64,000 nt of DNA from Auanema rhodensis (taxonomy: Eukaryota > Animalia > Nematoda). Location: positions 186,001 through 250,000 of the forward strand of contig OZ059900.1 of NCBI GenBank assembly GCA_964057225.1. The letters run 5' to 3'. The notes beneath the pieces were generated by a model, which saw only the letters and a program-made list of their open reading frames with translations, made no database searches and was not told the origin of the DNA. The translations under genes were made by a program, and so were the position numbers. Numbering within the stretch: the stretch's first letter is position 1; each line of letters opens with the position of its first letter. Shown piece after piece: positions 1-15,157 of this stretch.

Positions 1-3000
1 TTTTCCGAGTTTTAAGTCCAATTGGGCTAAATCGCTCATATATATGATCAAAAGCATAGTTTTATTGTCTATGACAACAAAAGTCATTAATTAAACACTA
101 ATGATGTTTAAATCACTAAATTTCGCTCAAATAGCATTACTACACTAAGTATGGTCGTTTTTATGCCTTTAACACCATATACTCACCGATTTTTGGTACA
201 AAATCTGTAATACTCGTAAATTTTGATCATATTCGTTAAGATTTGAGAATCAAACACACAATACACAAAATCAGTCTATTTTTATGAGCTTGCACTGATA
301 TATATTCATTTTGATCAAAAAAGGTCGAAAATAGAAAGAATTTTTGAAATTTCCGAGTTTTGAGTCTAATTTGGCTAAATCGCTCATATATATGATCAAA
401 AGCATAGTTTTATTGTCTATAACAACAAAAGTCATCAATTAAACGCTAGTGATGTTTTAATACTGAATTTCGCTCAAATAGCATTACTACACTAAGTATG
501 GTCGTTTTTATGCCTTTAACACCATATACTCACCGATTTTTGGTACAAAATCTGTAATACTTGTAAATTTTGATCATATTTGTTAAGATTTGAGAATCAA
601 ACACACAATACACAAAATCAGTCTATTTTTATGAGTTTGCACTGATATATATTCATTTTGATCAAAAAAGGTCGAAAATAGAAAGAATTTTGGAAATGTC
701 CGAGTTTTGAGTCCAATTTGGCTAAATCGCTCATATATATGATCAAAAGCATAGTTTTATTGTCTATAACAACAAAAGTCATCAATTAAACGCTAGTGAT
801 GTTTAAATACTGAATTTCGCTCAAATAGCATTACTACACTAAGTATGGTCGTTTTTATGCCTTTAACACCATATACTCACCGATTTTTGGTACAAAATCT
901 GTAATACTTGTAAATTTTGATCATATTTGTTAAGATTTGAGAATCAAACACACAATACACAAAATCAGTCTATTTTTATGAGTTTGCACTGATATATATT
1001 CATTTTGATCAAAAAAGGTCGAAAATAGAAAGAATTTTGGAAATGTCCGAGTTTTGAGTCCAATTTGGCTAAATCGCTCATATATATGATCAAAAGCATA
1101 GTTTTATTGTCTATAACAACAAAAGTCATCAATTAAACGCTAGTGATGTTTAAATACTGAATTTCGCTCAAATAGCATAACTACACTAAGTATGGTCGTT
1201 TTTATGCCTTTAACACCATATACTCACCGATTTTTGGTACAAAATCTGTAATACTCGTAAATTTTGATCATATTCGTTAAGATTTGAGAATCAAACATAC
1301 AATACACGAAATCAGTCTATTTTTATGAGCTTGCACTGATATATATTCATTTTGATCAAAAAAGGTCGAAAATAGAAAGAATTTTTGAAATTTCCGAGTT
1401 TTGAGTCTAATTTGGCTAAATCGCTCATATATATGATCAGAAGCATAGTTTTGTTGTCTATGACAACAAAAGTCATCAATTAAACGCTAGTGATGTTTAA
1501 ATACTGATTTTCGCTCAAATAGCATTACTACACTAAGTATGGTCGTTTTTATGCCTTTAACACCATATACTCACCGATTTTTGGTACAAAATCTGTAATA
1601 CTCGTAAATTTTGATCATATTCGTTAAGATTTGAGAATCAAACACACAATACACAAAATCAGTCTATTTTTATGAGCTTGCACTGATATATATTCATTTT
1701 GATCAAAAAAGGTCGAAAATAGAAAGAATTTTTGAAATTTCCGAGTTTTGAGTCCAATTTGGCTAAATCGCTCATATATATGATCAAAAGCATAGTTTTA
1801 TTGTCTATAACAACAAAAGTCATCAATTAAACGCTAGTGATGTTTAAATACTGAATTTCGCTCAAATAGCATTACTACACTAAGTATGGTCGTTTTTATG
1901 CCTTTAACACCATATACTCACCGATTTTTGGTACAAAATCTGTAATACTCGTAAATTTTGATCATATTCGTTAAGATTCGAGAATCAAACATACAATACA
2001 CGAAATCAGTCTATTTTTATGAGCTTGCACTGATATATATTCATTTTGATCAAAAAAGGTCGAAAATAGAAAGAATTTTTGAAATTTCCGAGTTTTGAGT
2101 CCAATTTGGCTAAATCGCTCATATATATGATCAAAAGCATAGTTTTATTGTCTATAACAACAAAAGTCATCAATTAAACGCTAGTGATGTTTAAATACTG
2201 AATTTCGCTCAAATAGCATTACTACACTAAGTATGGTCGTTTTTATGCCTTTAACACCATATACTCACCGATTTTTGGTACAAAATCTGTAATACTCGTA
2301 AATTTTGATCATATTCGTTAAGATTTGAGAATCAAACACACAATACACGAAATCAGTCTATTTTTATGAGCTTGCACTGATATATATTCATTTTGATCAA
2401 AAAAGGTCGAAAATAGAAAGAATTTTTGAATTTTCCGAGTTTTGAGTCCAATTGGGCTAAATCGCTCATATATATGATCAAAAGCATAGTTTTATTGTCT
2501 ATGACAACAAAAGTCATTAATTAAACACTAATGATGTTTAAATCACTAAATTTCGCTCAAATAGCATTACTACACTAAGTATGGTCGTTTTTATGCCTTT
2601 AACACAATATACTCACCGATTTTTGGTACAAAATCTGTAATACTCGTAAATTTTGATCATATTCGTTAAGATTTGAGAATCAAACACACAATACACAAAA
2701 TCAGTCTATTTTTATGAGCTTGCACTGATATATATTCATTTTGATCAAAAAAGGTCGAAAATAGAAAGAATTTTTGAAATTTCCGAGTTTTGAGTCCAAT
2801 TTGGCTAAATCGCTCATATATATGATCAAAAGCATAGTTTTATTGTCTATAACAACAAAAGTCATCAATTAAACGCTAGTGATGTTTAAATACTGAATTT
2901 CGCTCAAATAGCATAACTACACTAAGTATGGTCGTTTTTATGCCTTTAACACCATATACTCACCGATTTTTGGTACAAAATCTGTAATACTTGTAAATTT

Positions 3001-4854
3001 TGATCATATTTGTTAAGATTTGAGAATCAAACACACAATACACAAAATCAGTCTATTTTTATGAGTTTGCACTGATATATATTCATTTTGATCAAAAAAG
3101 GTCGAAAATAGAAAGAATTTTGGAAATGTCCGAGTTTTGAGTCCAATTTGGCTAAATCGCTCATATATATGATCAAAAGCATAGTTTCATTGTCTATAAC
3201 AACAAAAGTCATCAATTAAACGCTAGTGATGTTTTAATACTGAATTTCGCTCAAATAGCATTACTACACTAAGTATGGTCGTTTTTATGCCTTTAACACC
3301 ATATACTCACCGATTTTTGGTACAAAATCTGTAATACTCGTAAATTTTGATCATATTCGTTAAGATTTGAGAATCAAACATACAATACACGAAATCAGTC
3401 TATTTTTATGAGCTTGCACTGATATATATTCATTTTGATCAAAAAAGGTCGAAAATAGAAAGAATTTTTGAAATTTCCGAGTTTTGAGTCTAATTTGGCT
3501 AAATCGCTCATATATATGATCAGAAGCATAGTTTTATTGTCTATGACAACAAAAGTCATTAATTAAACACTAATGATGTTTAAATTACTAAATTTCGCTC
3601 AAATAGCATTACTACACTAAGTATGGTCGTTTTTATGCCTTTAACACCATATACTCACCGATTTTTGGTACAAAATCTATAATACTCGTAAATTTTGATC
3701 ATATTCGTTAAGATTTGAGAATCAAACACACAATACACAAAATCAGTCTATTTTTATGAGCTTGCACTGATATATATTCATTTTGATCAAAAAAGGTCGA
3801 AAATAGAAAGAATTTTTGAAATTTCCGAGTTTTGAGTCCAATTTGGCTGAATCGCTCATATATATGATCAAAAGCATAGTTTTATTGTCTATAACAACAA
3901 AAGTCATCAATTAAACGCTAGTGATGTTTTAATACTGAATTTCGCTCAAATAGCATTACTACACTAAGTATGGTCGTTTTTATGCCTTTAACACCATATA
4001 CTCACCGATTTTTGGTACAAAATCTGTAATACTCGTAAATTTTGATCATATTCGTTAAGATTTGAAAATCAAACACACAATAAACAAAATCAGTCTATTT
4101 TTATGAGTTTGCACTGATATATATTCATTTTGATCAAAAAAGGTCGAAAATAGAAAGAATTTTTGAATTTTCCGAGTTTTGAGTCCAATTGGGCTAAATC
4201 GCTCATATATATGATCAAAAGCATAGTTTTATTGTCTATGACAACAAAAGTCATTAATTAAACACTAATGATGTTTAAATCACTAAATTTCGCTCAAATA
4301 GCATTACTACACTAAGTATGGTCGTTTTTATGCCTTTAACACCATATACTCACCGATTTTTGGTACAAAATCTGTAATACTCGTAAATTTTGATCATATT
4401 CGTTAAGATTTGAGAATCAAACACACAATACACAAAATCAGTCTATTTTTATGAGCTTGCACTGATATATATTCATTTTGATCAAAAAAGGTCGAAAATA
4501 GAAAGAATTTTTGAAATTTCCGAGTTTTGAGTCCAATTTGGCTAAATCGCTCATATATATGATCAAAAGCATAGTTTTATTGTCTATAACAACAAAAGTC
4601 ATCAATTAAACGCTAGTGATGTTTTAATACTGAATTTCGCTCAAATAGCATTACTACACTAAGTATGGTCGTTTTTATGCCTTTAACACCATATACTCAC
4701 CGATTTTTGGTACAAAATCTGTAATACTTGTAAATTTTGATCATATTTGTTAAGATTTGAGAATCAAACACACAATACACAAAATCAGTCTATTTTTATG
4801 AGTTTGCACTGATATATATTCATTTTGATCAAAAAAGGTCGAAAATAGAAAGAA

Positions 4855-7800
4855 TTTTGGAAATGTCCGAGTTTTGAGTCCAATTTTGCTAAATCGCTCA
4901 TATATATGATCAAAAGCATAGTTTTATTGTCTATAACAACAAAAGTCATCAATTAAACGCTAGTGATGTTTAAATACTGAATTTCGCTCAAATAGCATAA
5001 CTACACTAAGTATGGTCGTTTTTATGCCTTTAACACCATATACTCACCGATTTTTGGTACAAAATCTGTAATACTTGTAAATTTTGATCATATTTGTTAA
5101 GATTTGAGAATCAATAACACAATACACAAAATCAGTCTATTTTTATGAGTTTGCACTGATATATATTCATTTTGATCAAAAAAGGTCGAAAATAGAAAGA
5201 ATTTTGGAAATGTCCGAGTTTTGAGTCCAATTTGGCTAAATCGCTCATATATATGATCAAAAGCATAGTTTTATTGTCTATAACAACAAAAATCATCAAT
5301 TAAACGCTAGTGATGTTTAAATACTGAATTTCGCTCAAATAGCATTACTACACTAAGTATGGTCGTTTTTATGCCTTTAACACCATATACTCACCGATTT
5401 TTGGTACAAAATCTGTAATACTCGTAAATTTTGATCATATTCGTTAAGATTTGAGAATCAAACACACAATACACAAAATCAGTCTATTTTTATGAGCTTG
5501 CACTGATATATATTCATTTTGATCAAAAAAGGTCGAACATAGAAAGAATTTTTGAATTTTCCGAGTTTTGAGTCCAATTGGGCTAAATCGCTCATATATA
5601 TGATCAAAAGCATAGTTTTATTGTCTATAACAACAAAAGTCATTAATTAAACACTAATGATGTTTAAATTACTAAATTTCGCTCAAATAGCATTACTACA
5701 CTAAGTATGGTCGTTTTTATGCCTTTAACACCATATACTCACCGATTTTTGGTACAAAATCTGTAATACTCGTAAATTTTGATCATATTCGTTAAGATTT
5801 GAGAATCAAACACACAATACACAAAATCAGTCTATTTTTATGAGCTTGCACTGATATATATTCATTTTGATCAAAAAAGGTCGAAAATAGAAAGAATTTT
5901 TGAAATTTCCGAGTTTTGAGTCCAATTTGGCTAAATCGCTCATATATATGATCAAAAGCATAGTTTTATTGTCTATAACAACAAAAGTCATCAATTAAAC
6001 GCTAGTGATGTTTTAATACTGAATTTCGCTCAAATAGCATTACTACACTAAGTATGGTCGTTTTTATGCCTTTAACACCATATACTCACCGATTTTTGGT
6101 ACAAAATCTGTAATACTCGTAAATTTTGATCATATTCGTTAAGATTTGAAAATCAAACACACAATAAACAAAATCAGTCTATTTTTATGAGTTTGCACTG
6201 ATATATATTCATTTTGATCAAAAAAGGTCGAAAATAGAAAGAATTTTTGAATTTTCCGAGTTTTGAGTCCAATTGGGCTAAATCGCTCATATATATGATC
6301 AAAAGCATAGTTTTATTGTCTATGACAACAAAAGTCATTAATTAAACACTAATGATGTTTAAATACTGAATTTCGCTCAAATAGCATTACTACACTAAGT
6401 ATGGTCGTTTTTATGCCTTTAACACCATATACTCACCGATTTTTGGTACAAAATCTGTAATACTCGTAAATTTTGATCATATTCGTTAAGATTTGAGAAT
6501 CAAACACACAATACACAAAATCAGTCTATTTTTATGAGCTTGCACTGATATATATTCATTTTGATCAAAAAAGGTCGAAAATAGAAAGAATTTTTGAAAT
6601 TTCCGAGTTTTGAGTCCAATTTGGCTAAATCGCTCATATATATGATCAAAAGCATAGTTTTATTGTCTATGACAACAAAAGTCATTAATTAAACACTAAT
6701 GATGTTTAAATACTGAATTTCGCTCAAATAGCATTACTACACTAAGTATGGTCGTTTTTATGCCTTTAACACCATATACTCACCGATTTTTGGTACAAAA
6801 TCTGTAATACTCGTAAATTTTGATCATATTCGTTAAGATTTGAGAATCAAACACACAATACACAAAATCAGTCTATTTTTATGAGCTTGCACTGATATAT
6901 ATTCATTTTGATCAAAAAAGGTCGAAAATAGAAAGAATTTTTGAAATTTCCGAGTTTTGAGTCCAATTTGGCTAAATCGCTCATATATATGATCAAAAGC
7001 ATAGTTTTATTGTCTATAACAACAAAAGTCATCAATTAAACGCTAGTGATGTTTTAATACTGAATTTCGCTCAAATAGCATTACTACACTAAGTATGGTC
7101 GTTTTTATGCCTTTAACACCATATACTCACCGATTTTTGGTACAAAATCTGTAATACTTGTTAATTTTGATCATATTTGTTAAGATTTGAGAATCAAACA
7201 TACAATACACGAAATCAGTCTATTTTTATGAGCTTGCACTGATATATATTCATTTTGATCAAAAAAGGTCGAAAATAGAAAGAATTTTTGAAATTTCCGA
7301 GTTTTGAGTCTAATTTGGCTAAATCGCTCATATATATGATCAGAAGCAAAGTTTTATTGTCTATGATAACAAAAGTCATCAATTAAACGCTAGTGATGTT
7401 TAAATACTGATTTTCGCTCAAATAGCATTACTACACTAAGTATGGTCGTTTTTATGCCTTTAACACCATATACTCACCGATTTTTGGTACAAAATCTGTA
7501 ATACTCGTAAATTTTGATCATATTCGTTAAGATTTGAGAATCAAACACACAATACACAAAGTCAGTCTATTTTTATGAGCTTGCACTGATATATATTCAT
7601 TTTGATCAAAAAAGGTCGAAAATAGAAAGAATTTTTGAAATTTCCGAGTTTTGAGTCCAATTTGGCTAAATCGCTCATATATATGATCAAAAGCATAGTT
7701 CTATTGTCTATAACAACAAAAGTCATCAATTAAACGCTAGTGATGTTTAAATACTGAATTTCGCTCAAATAGCATTACTACACTAAGTATGGTCGTTTTT

Positions 7801-10800
7801 ATGCCTTTAACACCATATACTCACCGATTTTTGGTACAAAATCTGTAATACTCGTAAATTTTGATCATATTCGTTAAGATTTGAGAATCAAACACACAAT
7901 ACACGAAATCAGTCTATTTTCATGAGCTTGCACTGATATATATTCATTTTGATCAAAAAAGGTCGAAAATAGAAAGAATTTTTGAATTTTCCGAGTTTTG
8001 AGTCCAATTGGGCTAAATCGCTCATATATATGATCAAAAGCATAGTTTTATTGTCTATGACAACAAAAGTCATTAATTAAACACTAATGATGTTTAAATC
8101 ACTAAATTTCGCTCAAATAGCATTACTCCACTAAGTATGGTCGTTTTTATGCCTTTAACACCATATACTCACCGATTTTTGGTACAAAATCTGTAATACT
8201 CGTAAATTTTGATCATATTCGTTAAGATTTGAGAATCAAACACACAATACACAAAATCAGTCTATTTTTATGAGCTTGCACTGATATATATTCATTTTGA
8301 TCAAAAAAGGTCGAAAATAGAAAGAATTTTGGAAATGTCCGAGTTTTGAGTCCAATTTTGCTAAATCGCTCATATATATGATCAAAAGCATAGTTTTATT
8401 GTCTATAACAACAAAAGTCATCAATTAAACGCTAGTGATGTTTAAATACTGAATTTCGCTCAAATAGCATAACTACACTAAGTATGGTCGTTTTTATGCC
8501 TTTAACACCATATACTCACCGATTTTTGGTACAAAATCTGTAATACTTGTAAATTTTGATCATATTTGTTAAGATTTGAGAATCAAACACACAATACACA
8601 AAATCAGTCTATTTTTATGAGTTTGCACTGATATATATTCATTTTGATCAAAAAAGGTCGAAAATAGAAAGAATTTTGGAAATGTCCGAGTTTTGAGTCC
8701 AATTTGGCTAAATCGCTCATATATATGATCAAAAGCATAGTTTTATTGTCTATAACAACAAAAATCATCAATTAAACGCTAGTGATGTTTAAATACTGAA
8801 TTTCGCTCAAATAGCATTACTACACTAAGTATGGTCGTTTTTATGCCTTTAACACCATATACTCACCGATTTTTGGTACAAAATCTGTAATACTCGTAAA
8901 TTTTGATCATATTTGTTAAGATTTGAGAATCAAACACACAATACACAAAATCAGTCTATTTTTATGAGCTTGCACTGATATATATTCATTTTGATCAAAA
9001 AAGGTCGAAAATAGAAAGAATTTTTGAATTTTCCGAGTTTTGAGTCCAATTGGGCTAAATCGCTCATATATATGATCAAAAGCATAGTTTTATTGTCTAT
9101 GACAACAAAAGTCATTAATTAAACACTAATGATGTTTAAATTACTAAATTTCGCTCAAATAGCATTACTACACTAAGTATGGTCGTTTTTATGCCTTTAA
9201 CACCATATACTCACCGATTTTTGGTACAAAATCTGTAATACTCGTAAATTTTGATCATATTCGTTAAGATTTGAGAATCAAACACACAATACACAAAATC
9301 AGTCTATTTTTATGAGCTTGCACTGATATATATTCATTTTGATCAAAAAAGGTCGAAAATAGAAAGAATTTTTGAAATTTCCGAGTTTTGAGTCCAATTT
9401 GGCTAAATCGCTCATATATATGATCAAAAGCATAGTTTTATTGTCTATAACAACAAAAGTCATCAATTAAACGCTAGTGATGTTTTAATACTGAATTTCG
9501 CTCAAATAGCATTACTACACTAAGTATGGTCGTTTTTATGCCTTTAACACCATATACTCACCGATTTTTGGTACAAAATCTGTAATACTCGTAAATTTTG
9601 ATCATATTCGTTAAGATTTGAAAATCAAACACACAATAAACAAAATCAGTCTATTTTTATGAGTTTGCACTGATATATATTCATTTTGATCAAAAAAGGT
9701 CGAAAATAGAAAGAATTTTTGAATTTTCCGAGTTTTGAGTCCAATTGGGCTAAATCGCTCATATATATGATCAAAAGCATAGTTTTATTGTCTATGACAA
9801 CAAAAGTCATTAATTAAACACTAATGATGTTTAAATACTGAATTTCGCTCAAATAGCATTACTACACTAAGTATGGTCGTTTTTATGCCTTTAACACCAT
9901 ATACTCACCGATTTTTGGTACAAAATCTGTAATACTCGTAAATTTTGATCATATTCGTTAAGATTTGAGAATCAAACACACAATACACAAAATCAGTCTA
10001 TTTTTATGAGTTTGCACTGATATATATTCATTTTGATCAAAAAAGGTCGAAAATAGAAAGAATTTTGGAAATGTCCGAGTTTTGAGTCCAATTTGGCTAA
10101 ATCGCTCATATATATGATCAAAAGCATAGTTTTATTGTCTATAACAACAAAAATCATCAATTAAACGCTAGTGATGTTTAAATACTGAATTTCGCTCAAA
10201 TAGCATTACTACACTAAGTATGGTCGTTTTTATGCCTTTAACACCATATACTCACCGATTTTTGGTACAAAATCTGTAATACTCGTAAATTTTGATCATA
10301 TTTGTTAAGATTTGAGAATCAAACACACAATACACAAAATCAGTCTATTTTTATGAGCTTGCACTGATATATATTCATTTTGATCAAAAAAGGTCGAAAA
10401 TAGAAAGAATTTTTGAATTTTCCGAGTTTTGAGTCCAATTGGGCTAAATCGCTCATATATATGATCAAAAGCATAGTTTTATTGTCTATGACAACAAAAG
10501 TCATTAATTAAACACTAATGATGTTTAAATTACTAAATTTCGCTCAAATAGCATTACTACACTAAGTATGGTCGTTTTTATGCCTTTAACACCATATACT
10601 CACCGATTTTTGGTACAAAATCTGTAATACTCGTAAATTTTGATCATATTCGTTAAGATTTGAGAATCAAACACACAATACACAAAATCAGTCTATTTTT
10701 ATGAGCTTGCACTGATATATATTCATTTTGATCAAAAAAGGTCGAAAATAGAAAGAATTTTTGAAATTTCCGAGTTTTGAGTCCAATTTGGCTAAATCGC

Positions 10801-13800
10801 TCATATATATGATCAAAAGCATAGTTTTATTGTCTATAACAACAAAAGTCATCAATTAAACGCTAGTGATGTTTTAATACTGAATTTCGCTCAAATAGCA
10901 TTACTACACTAAGTATGGTCGTTTTTATGCCTTTAACACCATATACTCACCGATTTTTGGTACAAAATCTGTAATACTCGTAAATTTTGATCATATTCGT
11001 TAAGATTTGAAAATCAAACACACAATAAACAAAATCAGTCTATTTTTATGAGTTTGCACTGATATATATTCATTTTGATCAAAAAAGGTCGAAAATAGAA
11101 AGAATTTTTGAATTTTCCGAGTTTTGAGTCCAATTGGGCTAAATCGCTCATATATATGATCAAAAGCATAGTTTTATTGTCTATGACAACAAAAGTCATT
11201 AATTAAACACTAATGATGTTTAAATACTGAATTTCGCTCAAATAGCATTACTACACTAAGTATGGTCGTTTTTATGCCTTTAACACCATATACTCACCGA
11301 TTTTTGGTACAAAATCTGTAATACTCGTAAATTTTGATCATATTCGTTAAGATTTGAGAATCAAACACACAATACACAAAATCAGTCTATTTTTATGAGC
11401 TTGCACTGATATATATTCATTTTGATCAAAAAAGGTCGAAAATAGAAAGAATTTTGGAAATGTCCGAGTTTTGAGTCCAATTTTGCTAAATCGCTCATAT
11501 ATATGATCAAAAGCATAGTTTTATTGTCTATAACAACAAAAGTCATCAATTAAACGCTAGTGATGTTTAAATACTGAATTTCGCTCAAATAGCATAACTA
11601 CACTAAGTATGGTCGTTTTTATGCCTTTAACACCATATACTCACCGATTTTTGGTACAAAATCTGTAATACTTGTAAATTTTGATCATATTTGTTAAGAT
11701 TTGAGAATCAAACACACAATACACAAAATCAGTCTATTTTTATGAGTTTGCACTGATATATATTCATTTTGATCAAAAAAGGTCGAAAATAGAAAGAATT
11801 TTGGAAATGTCCGAGTTTTGAGTCCAATTTGGCTAAATCGCTCATATATATGATCAAAAGCATAGTTTTATTGTCTATAACAACAAAAATCATCAATTAA
11901 ACGCTAGTGATGTTTAAATACTGAATTTCGCTCAAATAGCATTACTACACTAAGTATGGTCGTTTTTATGCCTTTAACACCATATACTCACCGATTTTTG
12001 GTACAAAATCTGTAATACTCGTAAATTTTGATCATATTTGTTAAGATTTGAGAATCAAACACACAATACACAAAATCAGTCTATTTTTATGAGCTTGCAC
12101 TGATATATATTCATTTTGATCAAAAAAGGTCGAAAATAGAAAGAATTTTTGAATTTTCCGAGTTTTGAGTCCAATTGGGCTAAATCGCTCATATATATGA
12201 TCAAAAGCATAGTTTTATTGTCTATGACAACAAAAGTCATTAATTAAACACTAATGATGTTTAAATTACTAAATTTCGCTCAAATAGCATTACTACACTA
12301 AGTATGGTCGTTTTTATGCCTTTAACACCATATACTCACCGATTTTTGGTACAAAATCTGTAATACTCGTAAATTTTGATCATATTCGTTAAGATTTGAG
12401 AATCAAACACACAATACACAAAATCAGTCTATTTTTATGAGCTTGCACTGATATATATTCATTTTGATCAAAAAAGGTCGAAAATAGAAAGAATTTTTGA
12501 AATTTCCGAGTTTTGAGTCCAATTTGGCTAAATCGCTCATATATATGATCAAAAGCATAGTTTTATTGTCTATAACAACAAAAGTCATCAATTAAACGCT
12601 AGTGATGTTTTAATACTGAATTTCGCTCAAATAGCATTACTACACTAAGTATGGTCGTTTTTATGCCTTTAACACCATATACTCACCGATTTTTGGTACA
12701 AAATCTGTAATACTCGTAAATTTTGATCATATTCGTTAAGATTTGAAAATCAAACACACAATAAACAAAATCAGTCTATTTTTATGAGTTTGCACTGATA
12801 TATATTCATTTTGATCAAAAAAGGTCGAAAATAGAAAGAATTTTTGAATTTTCCGAGTTTTGAGTCCAATTGGGCTAAATCGCTCATATATATGATCAAA
12901 AGCATAGTTTTATTGTCTATGACAACAAAAGTCATTAATTAAACACTAATGATGTTTAAATACTGAATTTCGCTCAAATAGCATTACTACACTAAGTATG
13001 GTCGTTTTTATGCCTTTAACACCATATACTCACCGATTTTTGGTACAAAATCTGTAATACTCGTAAATTTTGATCATATTCGTTAAGATTTGAGAATCAA
13101 ACACACAATACACAAAATCAGTCTATTTTTATGAGCTTGCACTGATATATATTCATTTTGATCAAAAAAGGTCGAAAATAGAAAGAATTTTTGAAATTTC
13201 CGAGTTTTGAGTCCAATTTGGCTAAATCGCTCATATATATGATCAAAAGCATAGTTTTATTGTCTATGACAACAAAAGTCATTAATTAAACACTAATGAT
13301 GTTTAAATACTGAATTTCGCTCAAATAGCATTACTACACTAAGTATGGTCGTTTTTATGCCTTTAACACCATATACTCACCGATTTTTGGTACAAAATCT
13401 GTAATACTCGTAAATTTTGATCATATTCGTTAAGATTTGAGAATCAAACACACAATACACAAAATCAGTCTATTTTTATGAGCTTGCACTGATATATATT
13501 CATTTTGATCAAAAAAGGTCGAAAATAGAAAGAATTTTTGAAATTTCCGAGTTTTGAGTCCAATTTGGCTAAATCGCTCATATATATGATCAAAAGCATA
13601 GTTTTATTGTCTATAACAACAAAAGTCATCAATTAAACGCTAGTGATGTTTTAATACTGAATTTCGCTCAAATAGCATTACTACACTAAGTATGGTCGTT
13701 TTTATGCCTTTAACACCATATACTCACCGATTTTTGGTACAAAATCTGTAATACTTGTTAATTTTGATCATATTTGTTAAGATTTGAGAATCAAACATAC

Positions 13801-14924
13801 AATACACGAAATCAGTCTATTTTTATGAGCTTGCACTGATATATATTCATTTTGATCAAAAAAGGTCGAAAATAGAAAGAATTTTTGAAATTTCCGAGTT
13901 TTGAGTCTAATTTGGCTAAATCGCTCATATATATGATCAGAAGCAAAGTTTTATTGTCTATGATAACAAAAGTCATCAATTAAACGCTAGTGATGTTTAA
14001 ATACTGATTTTCGCTCAAATAGCATTACTACACTAAGTATGGTCGTTTTTATGCCTTTAACACCATATACTCACCGATTTTTGGTACAAAATCTGTAATA
14101 CTCGTAAATTTTGATCATATTCGTTAAGATTTGAGAATCAAACACACAATACACAAAGTCAGTCTATTTTTATGAGCTTGCACTGATATATATTCATTTT
14201 GATCAAAAAAGGTCGAAAATAGAAAGAATTTTTGAAATTTCCGAGTTTTGAGTCCAATTTGGCTAAATCGCTCATATATATGATCAAAAGCATAGTTCTA
14301 TTGTCTATAACAACGAAAGTCATCAATTAAACGCTAGTGATGTTTAAATACTGAATTTCGCTCAAATAGCATTACTACACTAAGTATGGTCGTTTTTATG
14401 CCTTTAACACCATATACTCACCGATTTTTGGTACAAAATCTGTAATACTCGTAAATTTTGATCATATTCGTTAAGATTTGAGAATCAAACACACAATACA
14501 CGAAATCAGTCTATTTTCATGAGCTTGCACTGATATATATTCATTTTGATCAAAAAAGGTCGAAAATAGAAAGAATTTTTGAATTTTCCGAGTTTTGAGT
14601 CCAATTGGGCTAAATCGCTCATATATATGATCAAAAGCATAGTTTTATTGTCTATGACAACAAAAGTCATTAATTAAACACTAATGATGTTTAAATCACT
14701 AAATTTCGCTCAAATAGCATTACTACACTAAGTATGGTCGTTTTTATGCCTTTAACACCATATACTCACCGATTTTTGGTACAAAATCTGTAATACTCGT
14801 AAATTTTGATCATATTCGTTAAGATTTGAGAATCAAACACACAATACACAAAATCAGTCTATTTTTATGAGCTTGCACTGATATATATTCATTTTGATCA
14901 AAAAAGGTCGAAAATAGAAAGAAT
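4855..14924 (-). repeat. Left-arm higher-order block: 10-mer, 5-mer, 4-mer, 10-mer related modules
   Basis: Rare variants CAGAAGCAAA (7341/13938), ACAAAGTCAG (G at 7561/14158) and TTTTCATGAG (7921/14518) recur at 6597 bp. CAATTTTGCT occurs at 4881/8353/11478. GAAAATCAAACACACAATAAAC occurs at 6148/9620/11009/12745 (steps 3472, 1389, 1736). Confidence 0.85.
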
Positions 14925-15030
14925 TTTTGAAATTTCCGAGTTTTGAGTCCAATTTGGCTAAATCGCTCATATATATGATCAAAAGCATAGTTTTATTGTC
15001 TATAACAACAAAAGTCATCAATTAAACGCT

Positions 15031-15050
15031 AGTGATGCTACATTACTACA
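15031..15050. other. Deletion-insertion in the last left-arm monomer (27 bp replaced by CTA, net -24 bp)
   Basis: Observed AGTGATG-CTA-CATTACTACAC versus consensus AGTGATG-TTTAAATACTGAATTTCGCTCAAATAG-CATTACTACAC. Confidence 0.93.
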
Positions 15051-15157
15051 CTAAGTATGGTCGTTTTTATGCCTTTAACACCATATACTCACCGATTTTT
15101 GGTACAAAATCTGTAATACTTGTAAATTTTGATCATATTTGTTAAGATTTGAGAATC

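Noticed and set aside
1965-1984. CENP-B box-like motif ATTCGTTAAGATTCGAGA
   Set aside because: The canonical box is nTTCGnnnnAnnCGGGn, with 7 nt between the CpGs. Here there are 8 nt, no CGGG, and the second CpG is present only in some monomers.
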